Shown here: positions 9,500 through 18,080 of the stretch, in pieces | How the letters are laid out: each line of letters starts with the position of its first letter | Position numbering within the stretch: the stretch's first letter is position 1 | From: Escherichia phage vB_EcoM_011D4 | Reading direction: 5' to 3' (one strand) | Sequence record: MT478991.1 | Length of the DNA: 64,000 nucleotides | Made by a program: the position numbers and the translations under genes | Notes under the pieces: generated by a model | The model's input: only the letters and a program-made list of their open reading frames with translations | Databases searched by the model: none | What the model was told of the DNA's origin: nothing

Positions 9500-10258
9500 T
9501 TACTTGCAAACGTATTGATCTACATCAATTGCGCCACCGAATGTAGGATGACGTTTTTCAAATCGAATAGTTCCGTCGTTTGGTTCGAAAACGGAGTATT
9601 CATATAGATCTTTCTTGCCAACATTCTTATAAAACCCGCCTTTAGTCATAACGGTTTCTTGTACGTTTGCTTTGTGTACGTTGTATTCATCAATGTATAC
9701 AAAATCAACCATCTTCCCATTTTTAATGGTTACTTTAAGATCTCCTGGTTGATTTCCATATTTGGCATACAGTGGCGCTTCTTTAATTTTTGTGGAAATT
9801 CCATCTTTCATACTCCACTCATAACGAACGGTGCATTGATAGGTAAAAGTTTCGACCTTCGGTTCTTCCACCACTTTTTCTTCCTGTTTCGGTTGTTCTT
9901 CGTCAACCTTCACAGAAGTCTCTGAATCGCTTTCTGACGCGGTTTCTTCTTTAGGTAATACATTCATCAAGTTTTGGATTTGAGCGTTGTATACAGCCTC
10001 CAGTGGCTGAATCTGCCCGATATTGATCATTGTATCACGAATAGTTTTATTCCAGTTGCGTTGCTCTTGTTTAAGAGACGGATCAATCTTAACAGCCTTA
10101 ACATATACTTCATGAAGTTTCGAATCCAGCGCGGAGATAGACTCGTTAGCACAAATAAACTTCTCTGATTTGGTAGTCGCTTTAGCGCAATCAAAGGACG
10201 CAGCGTTAGCACCGAAAGCAGTAGCAGAAAGAACGATAGCAGCGATAATGTTTTTCAT
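9500..10258 (-). CDS. Secreted/periplasmic protein with LprI/DUF1311-like (lysozyme-inhibitor-like) N-terminal domain
   Basis: Signal peptide MKNIIAAIVLSATAFGANA; then FDCAKATTKSEKFICANESISALDSKLHEVY...QEQRNWNKTIRD matching the DUF1311/LprI pattern; strong early promoter immediately upstream. Confidence 0.55.
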   Translation of the reverse strand: MKNIIAAIVLSATAFGANAASFDCAKATTKSEKFICANESISALDSKLHEVYVKAVKIDPSLKQEQRNWNKTIRDTMINIGQIQPLEAVYNAQIQNLMNVLPKEETASESDSETSVKVDEEQPKQEEKVVEEPKVETFTYQCTVRYEWSMKDGISTKIKEAPLYAKYGNQPGDLKVTIKNGKMVDFVYIDEYNVHKANVQETVMTKGGFYKNVGKKDLYEYSVFEPNDGTIRFEKRHPTFGGAIDVDQYVCK

Positions 10259-10291
10259 AATATATTCCTCAATGTTTTTCTTGATGGGAGT

Positions 10292-10320
10292 ATCTTACTA
10301 CTCCCTTAATCCGGTGTCAA
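10292..10320 (-). promoter_or_regulatory. Sigma70-like early promoter (TTGACA-N17-TAAGAT)
   Basis: - strand reads aaaaagtagTTGACAccggattaagggagtagTAAGATactccc; -10 sits inside the palindrome GGGAGTA..TACTCCC; AT-rich UP region. Confidence 0.6.
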
Positions 10321-10327
10321 CTACTTT

Positions 10328-10540
10328 TTAATTTTTACCCGCTCGTGCATTAATACGCATTTTCTGCATAGCCATGATCTGGTTTACTGCTTCTTCTTTA
10401 CGTTCTTGCGTGATAACGTGACCAGATTCCGCAAACTCTCCAGAGACCTCTTCCACGATCTCGCGAACTTGAGAACGTCCAAAGATGCGGTTTCCTTCGT
10501 AGCTCATAAACTCTGTTACTACTTGCTCGATAGATTTCAT
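10328..10540 (-). CDS. Hypothetical protein (70 aa)
   Basis: ORF flanked by early promoters on both sides. Confidence 0.45.
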   Translation of the reverse strand: MKSIEQVVTEFMSYEGNRIFGRSQVREIVEEVSGEFAESGHVITQERKEEAVNQIMAMQKMRINARAGKN

Positions 10541-10569
10541 GTGATTCTCCTTTCGTTTGGTATGGGAGT

Positions 10570-10598
10570 ATCTTACTACTCCCGTTTCTTTACGTCAA
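10570..10598 (-). promoter_or_regulatory. Sigma70-like early promoter (TTGACG-N17-TAAGAT)
   Basis: - strand TTGACGtaaagaaacgggagtagTAAGATactccc; same GGGAGTAgTAAGATACTCCC core as at 10292. Confidence 0.6.
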
Positions 10599-10605
10599 CT
10601 GGTTT

Positions 10606-10848
10606 TTAGAAATTTTTCGCTTCTTCTTCGGTCATCATAACCGCGCATTCGTGCATAACTTTGAAAACCGGATCAATCATGTCGAATGCTTCGCGAGACA
10701 GTTTACGAGAAGCGATTTTGATTGCTTCAACGTCTTCTACTACAGGAACAAAAACAGTTTTCAGTTCATCGAGCACGGCAGCTTCTTTTTCATTCAGGAA
10801 GATTCCAGCGTCGTACAGTGCAACTTCGATAACATTAACTTTAACCAT
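10606..10848 (-). CDS. Hypothetical protein (80 aa)
   Basis: Track start (10911) lies upstream of the predicted transcription start; ATG at 10848 has a GGAGGAAATAAAA RBS. Confidence 0.45.
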   Translation of the reverse strand: MVKVNVIEVALYDAGIFLNEKEAAVLDELKTVFVPVVEDVEAIKIASRKLSREAFDMIDPVFKVMHECAVMMTEEEAKNF

Positions 10849-10882
10849 TTTTATTTCCTCCAGTTCGTTTCGGTATGGGAGT

Positions 10883-10911
10883 ATAATACTACCGATGACC
10901 TTTGGCGTCAA
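10883..10911 (-). promoter_or_regulatory. Sigma70-like early promoter (TTGACG-N17-TATTAT)
   Basis: - strand TTGACGccaaaggtcatcggtagTATTATactccc; overlaps the 3' end of the upstream ORF. Confidence 0.5.
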
Positions 10912-11122
10912 CTGCTTTTTTATTATTTTCGTGAAAATTTTTCGTTGCCTCTAGGTTCTTTTCGACCTTCATCCATTCCGCGTATTCTTGCGCGGCTACT
11001 TTCGGATTTAGTCCGTCTTCGTACATTGCATCGAGTAATTCTTCGTCGGTGGGCTTATACCCTAGATAAGCCTCCACCTGATTTTTCCAAATTTTATACC
11101 AGTTCATATTATCACCAATCAA
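10889..11122 (-). CDS. Hypothetical protein (about 72-77 aa)
   Basis: - strand ORF; start uncertain (ORF-track start or ATG at 11107, MNWYKIW...). Confidence 0.4.
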   Translation of the reverse strand: MIGDNMNWYKIWKNQVEAYLGYKPTDEELLDAMYEDGLNPKVAAQEYAEWMKVEKNLEATKNFHENNKKAVDAKGHR

Positions 11123-11384
11123 GAGCGCGTGTCTCTGCGTCTTCCCATGCTTGATCCATTACAGCCTTAAAAACATACTCTAGAGTATCATCTTTAGAGA
11201 ATCCGAAGACTTTAGACGGAATATCTTCGATTGCTACTCCCGCAACTTCTGCATTACGCGCTTGGCAATAATGCAACTCTAAGTTATCGAGATAGCGACC
11301 GCCTAATTTCTCCATATCATCCCAGCATTTCCAGTAACCTACTTTATCTGCAATTGCTAACACTTTGCTGTTTTTGTTGCTCAT
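11112..11384 (-). CDS. Hypothetical protein (90 aa)
   Basis: Track start lies upstream of the promoter; ATG at 11384 (MSNKNSKVLAIAD...) has the AAGGAGAATCAAAG leader. Confidence 0.45.
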   Translation of the reverse strand: MSNKNSKVLAIADKVGYWKCWDDMEKLGGRYLDNLELHYCQARNAEVAGVAIEDIPSKVFGFSKDDTLEYVFKAVMDQAWEDAETRALDW

Positions 11385-11415
11385 CTTTGATTCTCCTTTT
11401 GTTTGGGATGGGTGT

Positions 11416-11444
11416 ATTATGCAATGATGGATTTGTGAAGTCAA
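11416..11444 (-). promoter_or_regulatory. Sigma70-like early promoter (TTGACT-N17-CATAAT)
   Basis: - strand TTGACTtcacaaatccatcattgCATAATacacccatc; the -10/+1 context recurs at 62006 and 63249. Confidence 0.5.
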
Positions 11445-11449
11445 CAACT

Positions 11450-11484
11450 TTTTAAAATAAAAAGCCGACCACAAGGATCGGCTT
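11450..11484 (-). terminator. Rho-independent terminator
   Basis: - strand AAGCCGATCCTTGTGGTCGGCTTTTTATTTT just after the stop at 11494; nearly the same hairpin as the + strand terminator at 1561. Confidence 0.6.
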
Positions 11485-11493
11485 AATAATCAG

Positions 11494-11889
11494 TTACTTA
11501 CTAAATTTCTTTTTGGCTTCGTCTACTGCATGAGATGCCAGTACCGCTGCCGCATGTGCACTTTTATCTGTGTTGCAGAGAACACCCAGATAAACATCAC
11601 GCCAAAGTTTAATCATCTCGTAGATCATATCAATATCATTTTCTTGTTTGTTGGCGATGCTATTCGTTGTTATCTGGTAAGGTAACGGCTTAATCTGTAC
11701 TGGTTCCGCCATCGGGCTAATCGGTTTCGGATCAGTCATAATAGGTGCTGTTGTGTGTGGTGTTTTCCATACGCCATTATTCCACGGTTTAATCGTTGTA
11801 TCGTAAAGTTTATAAGGATTTTTGTCTGGGTCAACCATCCATGCATGATGAGTACCCAAACCATTTGAAGTGATGCGTCGTTCAGTCAT
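11494..11889 (-). CDS. Hypothetical protein (131 aa)
   Basis: - strand ORF followed by a terminator. Confidence 0.45.
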   Translation of the reverse strand: MTERRITSNGLGTHHAWMVDPDKNPYKLYDTTIKPWNNGVWKTPHTTAPIMTDPKPISPMAEPVQIKPLPYQITTNSIANKQENDIDMIYEMIKLWRDVYLGVLCNTDKSAHAAAVLASHAVDEAKKKFSK

Positions 11890-11892
11890 AAT

Positions 11893-12096
11893 TTATTTCC
11901 TCTCTGATAATTCTTTCATCAAGCTGTCGATCTTTGCTCTGTGTTCTGGCGTGTTTGTCATCTCTGCTAATTTGCTCAGAGATTCACTGGTGATCCGGTT
12001 GGATTCTTCCAGTGTTTCAACGACAATTGGCACAATCTTTTTATTGTTGTACAGAAATGCAATATAACCGCCTTCTGGATATTCTTTCATAATCAA
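11893..12096 (-). CDS. Hypothetical protein (67 aa)
   Basis: Small ORF whose stop lies 3 nt after the gp52 stop-start overlap. Confidence 0.4.
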   Translation of the reverse strand: MIMKEYPEGGYIAFLYNNKKIVPIVVETLEESNRITSESLSKLAEMTNTPEHRAKIDSLMKELSERK

Positions 12097-13454
12097 CCCT
12101 TCTTAAGTTCTTTAAGATCTTTCTTATATTCCTTCATTGCGGTCGTCTTTGTCCAATACTCATATTCACTATGATGTTTATCGGCATCTTTGACCAGTCG
12201 ATCATACTCTTCTTGAGTAACGCTATACAATGGCATAGAAACGAGTTTATCGGCGTATGGACGCAGTTTTTCATGTCCATTGATAGATTGCATTACCTCG
12301 GCCTTTTTCTTGCCCTGTAGCTCGATTTCGCCCTTAATTACAAGGTCGATAAATTCGGCTTTAGCCATTGCATAATTGTATGCTTCCAGCGTTTCCGCTT
12401 GCATCAATTCAATGCGTTTATCGACATACCCTAATCGGATTTCGACGAATCGACGGATCAGATCGCTCGCTTTCTCGAATACTTCAACTAAGCCACGTTC
12501 ATTAACTACCACGATATTCTGGGCTACTAACTGCGTTAGTTTAAAATCCTTCATGATTTGCTCATGTCGAGCGTATTCATCTTCGCTTTTGAAATAATCG
12601 CGTTTCAGTGTTACTTCAAATCTGAATCCGTCCTTAGAGCAACGGTCATTATACGATACAATCAGATCTTTTTCTTCCAGCGCATCCAGTACCGCTACAT
12701 ATTCTTCACGGTCGAACTTATAAGGAACTTCTGATATTGTCAGTTTAGTCTTGCCGTTTAGTTCATATGTACCCTCAAGAATCACACCATCGCGATCATC
12801 TCGCGGGATAACTTTACCCGTGAATTTTGGGAATTGAACACTAGGTTCTTTATCCAGTTTTCCGGCAAGTGCTAGCTCTGTGCATTCAATGAGGCTTTCC
12901 AGTGAATGCGGTAAAATGTCGGTTTTATACCCTGTAGCAATACCACTAATACCATTTGCCAATACCATTGGCACAACTGGCAAGTAGAACGCTGGCGGGA
13001 TGTGTTCCAGGTCTTCGTGCTTAGGTGCGCAATTCATATCTTTATAGATTTTAAAGAAGTTTTCATGCACACGAGCAAAAATATAACGTGCTGCACCTGC
13101 TTTCTGGACTAAACGCGATCCGAAGTTACCTTGACCGTCAAGCAGTGGAGTATTATTGCTCCATGTATTCGCCATGAGTGATCCGGCTTCTACGGCATTA
13201 GTTTCCCCGTGGTGATACCCCAACTCAGCGACACCAGATCCAATATCTGCCATCTTACGGAATTTCTTACGGTCGCCTTTACTCTTTTGCAAAGCACATT
13301 CCATAACAAAGCGTTGCACTGGTTTAAGACCATCAACTAATTGAGGAATCCCGCGTTCCTCGGCAGAATAGATCGCATATTCCTTAGCTTCATTATGTAC
13401 AATGCTTTCAAGGCTGCGGTAAGTAACTGATTTATTCATCTTCACCTCATACAC
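12093..13454 (-). CDS. 52: DNA topoisomerase II medium subunit (gp52, GyrA-like)
   Basis: 453 aa; DGLKPVQRF motif typical of GyrA/topo II breakage-reunion domain; LGYHHGE; position next to the rIIB/rIIA/39 block as in T4. Confidence 0.9.
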   Translation of the reverse strand: MYEVKMNKSVTYRSLESIVHNEAKEYAIYSAEERGIPQLVDGLKPVQRFVMECALQKSKGDRKKFRKMADIGSGVAELGYHHGETNAVEAGSLMANTWSNNTPLLDGQGNFGSRLVQKAGAARYIFARVHENFFKIYKDMNCAPKHEDLEHIPPAFYLPVVPMVLANGISGIATGYKTDILPHSLESLIECTELALAGKLDKEPSVQFPKFTGKVIPRDDRDGVILEGTYELNGKTKLTISEVPYKFDREEYVAVLDALEEKDLIVSYNDRCSKDGFRFEVTLKRDYFKSEDEYARHEQIMKDFKLTQLVAQNIVVVNERGLVEVFEKASDLIRRFVEIRLGYVDKRIELMQAETLEAYNYAMAKAEFIDLVIKGEIELQGKKKAEVMQSINGHEKLRPYADKLVSMPLYSVTQEEYDRLVKDADKHHSEYEYWTKTTAMKEYKKDLKELKKG

Positions 13455-13809
13455 GCTTACAAATCACATTCTTTACTTTATCAGATTTATCAGCCCAATC
13501 CAATAGCCATTTTAACGGAAGGATTGAAACAATAAACGGGGCAGCAATCAAAGCAAACATGATACACCGGATAATCAGGAAAGCGCAAGTAACAAAGCTA
13601 GCGATAGCGATCCCGACAAAACAAAATACCATAGAAAACAGAGTAATGATATAGAAAGGCCAGAATACCCACTCCCGCATCTTAACGCCTTTGTATTCTC
13701 TGAATTGCTTAAAATCTACAAACAACTCTCGGATAGACGCGTACAGGACCGAAAAATCATCTTTCATTGCTCTGAATGAGCAATCTTCTATTTTAGAATG
13801 ACCTAGCAT
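13447..13809 (-). CDS. Predicted membrane protein (120 aa)
   Basis: Two long hydrophobic segments (FYIITLFSMVFCFVGIAIASFVTCAFLIIRCIMFALIAAPFIVSIL). Confidence 0.45.
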   Translation of the reverse strand: MLGHSKIEDCSFRAMKDDFSVLYASIRELFVDFKQFREYKGVKMREWVFWPFYIITLFSMVFCFVGIAIASFVTCAFLIIRCIMFALIAAPFIVSILPLKWLLDWADKSDKVKNVICKRV

Positions 13810-13811
13810 TA

Positions 13812-14105
13812 TTAACCGCCTTTCATCATTGATACTGGAATTGTTTTCTGATTTGTGTATAATTGTCCTACTTCAATTTTTTCTTGAATCACCACGACGT
13901 TACAATATCCACTGTCTTTAAGTTTTCTGATAATGACTCGCTTTTGTTCGTCGGTGATAGGATTGACTGTTCTCACCAATTCACCGCAAATAATAGCACC
14001 ATCTTTACAATTACCAGTAACTTTCATGCTACGACCGTGAACAACAACCACATCACCGCAAATCACATTTTCGTCGTCGTATTTGGTAATAACCGTGACC
14101 GTCAT
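13812..14105 (-). CDS. Hypothetical protein (97 aa)
   Basis: Compact - strand ORF. Confidence 0.4.
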   Translation of the reverse strand: MTVTVITKYDDENVICGDVVVVHGRSMKVTGNCKDGAIICGELVRTVNPITDEQKRVIIRKLKDSGYCNVVVIQEKIEVGQLYTNQKTIPVSMMKGG

Positions 14106-14150
14106 AATGTATTCCCTCTAAGAAAGGCCGCTTTGCGCGGCCTATGTTGA

Positions 14151-14477
14151 TTATTGTTCTACAGTATAACCGTTGTTTTCAAGCCATGCAATAACAATCT
14201 TCTCACCAATTTCATCGAGCATTTCATCAGATCCATATTCTTTGATGAAAATCGATGGATCATTATTGCTTACTACGTGCTGAATCACAACATGTTCAGG
14301 AATTGCGTCTAGCAGTTCGCTATGATCATACTCATTAACGATATCTTCAACACTAACATTATTAACCAAATCAACATCATCCATAGTCACAGTAACGCGA
14401 CCGGACGGACGCAATGAATATTGGCTACTTTCAACTTCAACATGTGCACTTTCGCAAGTAACTTTCATATCAACCAT
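14151..14477 (-). CDS. Hypothetical acidic protein (108 aa)
   Basis: Compact - strand ORF; a GGCCGC-TTTGC-GCGGCC hairpin lies downstream at about 14120-14140. Confidence 0.4.
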   Translation of the reverse strand: MVDMKVTCESAHVEVESSQYSLRPSGRVTVTMDDVDLVNNVSVEDIVNEYDHSELLDAIPEHVVIQHVVSNNDPSIFIKEYGSDEMLDEIGEKIVIAWLENNGYTVEQ

Positions 14478-14491
14478 AATTAATTCCTCTG

Positions 14492-15484
14492 TTAGTAATG
14501 GCTAAAACCTTCGGTTACATCTTCAACCACATAGTAACGATGACAGCGCATTTTGGCATTCGCATAATCTTTCGGAATACTTACAACGTGACGAGGATCA
14601 ACTTTGCATTTAATGATTCGGCCTCGTCCACCGCCATAGTGTGGAATATAGTGTTTCGCTGCAACGTGGAGGCCATTAGAGCAAGTGCGATCATCATCTG
14701 GGTCAACGTCTTTACGCTTCATTTTAACCGTGCGCCCTGGGCTATTATCAAACGTATGAGTAAAGAAATCTTTATAATCAACATCAACACGTTTCCATGC
14801 ATAGAAACAACCATCTTCCCCGATCTCAATGTCGTTGTGTTCTAAGAAGTCAAACAGACGATCTACCGCCTTACGGCTAGGGTTTTTCTTGCACTTCTCA
14901 AAGAAGTTCAGATAGTGCGTATATGGCTTATTCTCTTTAATAGACTCAACAACTCGACGAGTCAGATTATTATCAAGAACAATATTATGATAATACACAA
15001 TACCATTTTCGATACGGAAAGCGCCGTGATAATATACTTCAACCGCTTTCTTAATGTCAATCAGCGTAATTGCTTTAATAAAATCATTCTGCTTAACTGC
15101 TTCCAGTGCTTCCTTAAAGTTAACATGTGATGGATCAGCAGTATAAACAATGTCACCGCATGTAATAGTAATAAACTTAGTTGAGGCTATGGCTACGATT
15201 TTTGAGGTAGTAGTCACGGGCTTTTTTGCGCGTTCACCACCTTTTCCTTTACTTGTTTTACGGCGTGCTTTACGTTTTTCTAGTGCCTTGCGACCTTCCG
15301 CTACTGCGTCTTTCTGAATCAGTAATACACGGGAGGCAGTACGACGAGATACCCCAAATGCTGCCGCAAGTGCTTCGCGGGTAGTAAACTTACCTTCGCC
15401 CCACTGTTTAGCCAGTTTGATTTGTTTTTCAGAATCCAGGCATTGAACGTTACGGTCAGAGACGGTGATTTTTGCTTTAGTCAT
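14492..15484 (-). CDS. rIIB: rIIB protein
   Basis: C-terminal half matches T4 rIIB as recalled (AVDRLFDFLEHNDIEI, FYAWK, FDNSPG, CSNGLHV, DVVSIP, DYANAKMR, YVVEDVTE); lies next to rIIA. Start at ATG 15484 (MTKAK) with AGAGGA RBS. Confidence 0.8.
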   Translation of the reverse strand: MTKAKITVSDRNVQCLDSEKQIKLAKQWGEGKFTTREALAAAFGVSRRTASRVLLIQKDAVAEGRKALEKRKARRKTSKGKGGERAKKPVTTTSKIVAIASTKFITITCGDIVYTADPSHVNFKEALEAVKQNDFIKAITLIDIKKAVEVYYHGAFRIENGIVYYHNIVLDNNLTRRVVESIKENKPYTHYLNFFEKCKKNPSRKAVDRLFDFLEHNDIEIGEDGCFYAWKRVDVDYKDFFTHTFDNSPGRTVKMKRKDVDPDDDRTCSNGLHVAAKHYIPHYGGGRGRIIKCKVDPRHVVSIPKDYANAKMRCHRYYVVEDVTEGFSHY

Positions 15485-15546
15485 AGTATTCATTCCTCTA
15501 TTAGTTGGGCGACTATCGCCGCCCGATTCACATCATTATAACAGAA

Positions 15547-15678
15547 TTATTTTGCTTCGACAACCTTGCGGATTGTGCGGTCTGATACATTATAGATTCG
15601 TGCCAGTTCGCCTTTAGTCAAGCCGCGAGCGTATTGTTTACGGATGGTTTCTTTCTGGATAGCGGTCAGTTTAGTCAT
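15547..15678 (-). CDS. Small helix-turn-helix protein (43 aa) between rIIA and rIIB
   Basis: ATG at 15678 with GAGGTGA RBS; MTKLTAIQKETIRKQYARGLTKGELARIYNVSDRTIRKVVEAK; HTH-like segment resembles the rIIB N-terminus (TREALAAAFGVSRRTASRVL). Below ORF-track threshold. Confidence 0.45.
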   Translation of the reverse strand: MTKLTAIQKETIRKQYARGLTKGELARIYNVSDRTIRKVVEAK

Positions 15679-15689
15679 AATATCACCTC

Positions 15690-17798
15690 TTAAAATTTAA
15701 CATTCTTAACCAGTTTCATAAAGTCTTGTGCGCGTTTGTCGTTATGCAGAATACGATACCAGTTATCTACAATATCATACAGTAACGGGCTATTCTCTTT
15801 AAACTTCGCACAAACTGCTTTAATTCGTTCGTTTGCTGCCGTGAATTTTTCATCACAGATCTTTTTAGTTTCTTCGTCCATAATCCAACGAGTACGAAGG
15901 AGTAACTTGGAAACCTCTTTATTATAATGACGACCGTACAGTCTGTCAATAAATTCTGGAACACAGCGTTCTAGTTCATCGTCATGAAACAACATAGTGA
16001 TCACACCCAGATATTCGCCATACCCCAGATGATTGGTCTTAACCTTCTTAGCCAGACCAGCCAGCTTACCGCGAACAAATTCTAGCGCACATTCCAATTG
16101 TTCGTCAACGAGATATTTTTGTGTCTCGTTTCGAGTAATAATATACTTTGTTACCCCGAAGTAGTCAAGCGCCGTGTGTAATGTATCTTCATTATAGATC
16201 GATTGACGGCTACGGCTTTCGAATGCATCACCCACACGGAACATATGCAAACCTGATAACTCGCGAATCTCTGCCGCTTTCATGTGATGGCTGGTTTTAT
16301 GCCAACTGTCACCAATCTTTTCCATGATATACACGTTAGGCAGCTTGGGAGTAGCTTCACGTTGTGTACGCTCGGTCTTCTCCGGCTTAACTGCTTTAGC
16401 ACGCAGATCATCGGCCTCTGATACCTTAATCACGGTCATTTCAGAATCATCATAATACTGTTTGATGTACTCGAAAGTCTCCATATGTTTTTCGTTGTTC
16501 TGACGGAACACCAGTACCTTTTTATTGATTCCGTATTCCTGGACCATGCCGTTAAGAGTCAGTGCACGCAGTTTCGGTTTATCGGTATCATCAATAAGAC
16601 ACGTAATATCTTCTTTATGCATCCATACAAAATGCGTAATGTTGTATTGACTGCTAACGAAAGCAGGGCGCAATTTACTGATTGTGTGACGAGTACGATA
16701 CAGAGTATACACCTGACCTTCTACGTCATTTGGCGAATCTTTACCCGCATTCACAAACTTATTATAGATTGCTACCGGATCATCCCACTGCCCGATCTTA
16801 CCCATCTTGCTAATAATATTGCGTTGAGTCGATGAATACTCGCTCATAAATTGCGCAAGTTTACGCTCTGTTTTAATGTTGGCGATCTTCTCTTTAACCT
16901 TTTCCAACATCATTTCATTGATTTCTGCAATGCGTTTTTCGATGTTCGCTTTAGTATCAATTGACAAGTGAACTTCTTCACGCGATGGCATCAGGTCCAG
17001 ATCACCCAACTCAAAATTAATGTAAATGGTCTGGTGCTGGCGGTTTACAGCTTCTAACCACGTTCCGCGAACATATTCATACGGGATCGGATACTGGATC
17101 TTACCCATGATTGCATATACTACATAGGAATCGTTATCACGACCATTGCAAACATAATAATTATCAAAGCTAGGGAAATAATTAATTTCGATTGCATTGA
17201 TATTAGGTTTGTGTTCCCCAAAATGACGAAGTACAAATTGTGCTTCTCGATGCCATGTCTGAATGTCTTTTTCTTTCACCGGAATAGTGATTTTCAGACC
17301 ATTGTCTTCATAGGTCGGTTCGTCGAAAATCTGCACCATTTTCGGCATAGAGTTTTGCACAAATGCCGTAAAGCCATAAGCGCGACCATTGTAATAGTTT
17401 ACGATTGTAAAGGTGTCAGTGTAGCTATAAGCAGATTTCGCACCTAAACCAAAAGATCCGATATAATCATTAGTCTGGTCTTTTGTTGATTCAAAGTAAA
17501 CCGTAAACAGTTGTTCTAATTCTTTCTTAGACGGAATACCAGTACCATAATCACGCACAGAAAAATACGGTTCGATTGCAGTCGGTAAATGAATATCAAA
17601 CGGACGATCTAAGGTTCCGGCTTCTTTGTGAGTGTCGGTAGCATTGCACGAATACTCACGGACGCAAGCACGTTCACAATATTGATAGGTATTCTTAGAA
17701 AGCACCATAAAAGCCTTGCTACTTGCTTTCAGTGAAAAATCAACCGCACCGCTCAAGTCACTGCCAAATACTTCTTCATTATCAATATGCATTTTCAT
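15690..17798 (-). CDS. rIIA: rIIA protein (GHKL-type ATPase-like N-terminus)
   Basis: 702 aa; N-terminal blocks VREYSCNATD, RDYGTGI, DYIGSFGLGAKSAYSYTDTFTI match the rIIA ATPase-like domain as recalled; adjacent to rIIB. Confidence 0.9.
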   Translation of the reverse strand: MKMHIDNEEVFGSDLSGAVDFSLKASSKAFMVLSKNTYQYCERACVREYSCNATDTHKEAGTLDRPFDIHLPTAIEPYFSVRDYGTGIPSKKELEQLFTVYFESTKDQTNDYIGSFGLGAKSAYSYTDTFTIVNYYNGRAYGFTAFVQNSMPKMVQIFDEPTYEDNGLKITIPVKEKDIQTWHREAQFVLRHFGEHKPNINAIEINYFPSFDNYYVCNGRDNDSYVVYAIMGKIQYPIPYEYVRGTWLEAVNRQHQTIYINFELGDLDLMPSREEVHLSIDTKANIEKRIAEINEMMLEKVKEKIANIKTERKLAQFMSEYSSTQRNIISKMGKIGQWDDPVAIYNKFVNAGKDSPNDVEGQVYTLYRTRHTISKLRPAFVSSQYNITHFVWMHKEDITCLIDDTDKPKLRALTLNGMVQEYGINKKVLVFRQNNEKHMETFEYIKQYYDDSEMTVIKVSEADDLRAKAVKPEKTERTQREATPKLPNVYIMEKIGDSWHKTSHHMKAAEIRELSGLHMFRVGDAFESRSRQSIYNEDTLHTALDYFGVTKYIITRNETQKYLVDEQLECALEFVRGKLAGLAKKVKTNHLGYGEYLGVITMLFHDDELERCVPEFIDRLYGRHYNKEVSKLLLRTRWIMDEETKKICDEKFTAANERIKAVCAKFKENSPLLYDIVDNWYRILHNDKRAQDFMKLVKNVKF

Positions 17799-17812
17799 AA
17801 TATAATACTCAC

Positions 17813-18070
17813 TTAATTAAAATCTTCTTTGTCCATCTCTGCGTAGATTACATCCCACGCCCATAAATCAATAAACGCATTATATGTCACGGTGCAATCG
17901 TTGTCAATCACTTCTTTCGCATATTTCTTGATGTTTTCGTAGGAAACTTGCGGATCAATTTTGTGTTTACGAAGATGCGCATATTCATACCTCAAACACT
18001 CCATAAACAGGTCCATCGATTTCTTTTCTCGATGACACTTGGCGATCAGAAAATCAAAACTTCGACTCAT
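17813..18070 (-). CDS. Hypothetical protein (85 aa)
   Basis: ORF immediately upstream of rIIA. Confidence 0.4.
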   Translation of the reverse strand: MSRSFDFLIAKCHREKKSMDLFMECLRYEYAHLRKHKIDPQVSYENIKKYAKEVIDNDCTVTYNAFIDLWAWDVIYAEMDKEDFN

Positions 18071-18080
18071 TTTCTACTCC

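Noticed and set aside
10651-11154. Long + strand ORFs (10651..11154, 35536..35907, 42726..43238, 49843..50232, 52626..53189, 55356..55727) lying inside the - strand gene block.
   Set aside because: Each lies antisense to well-supported - strand genes (several with clear family motifs), has no RBS or promoter context, and has low-complexity translations.
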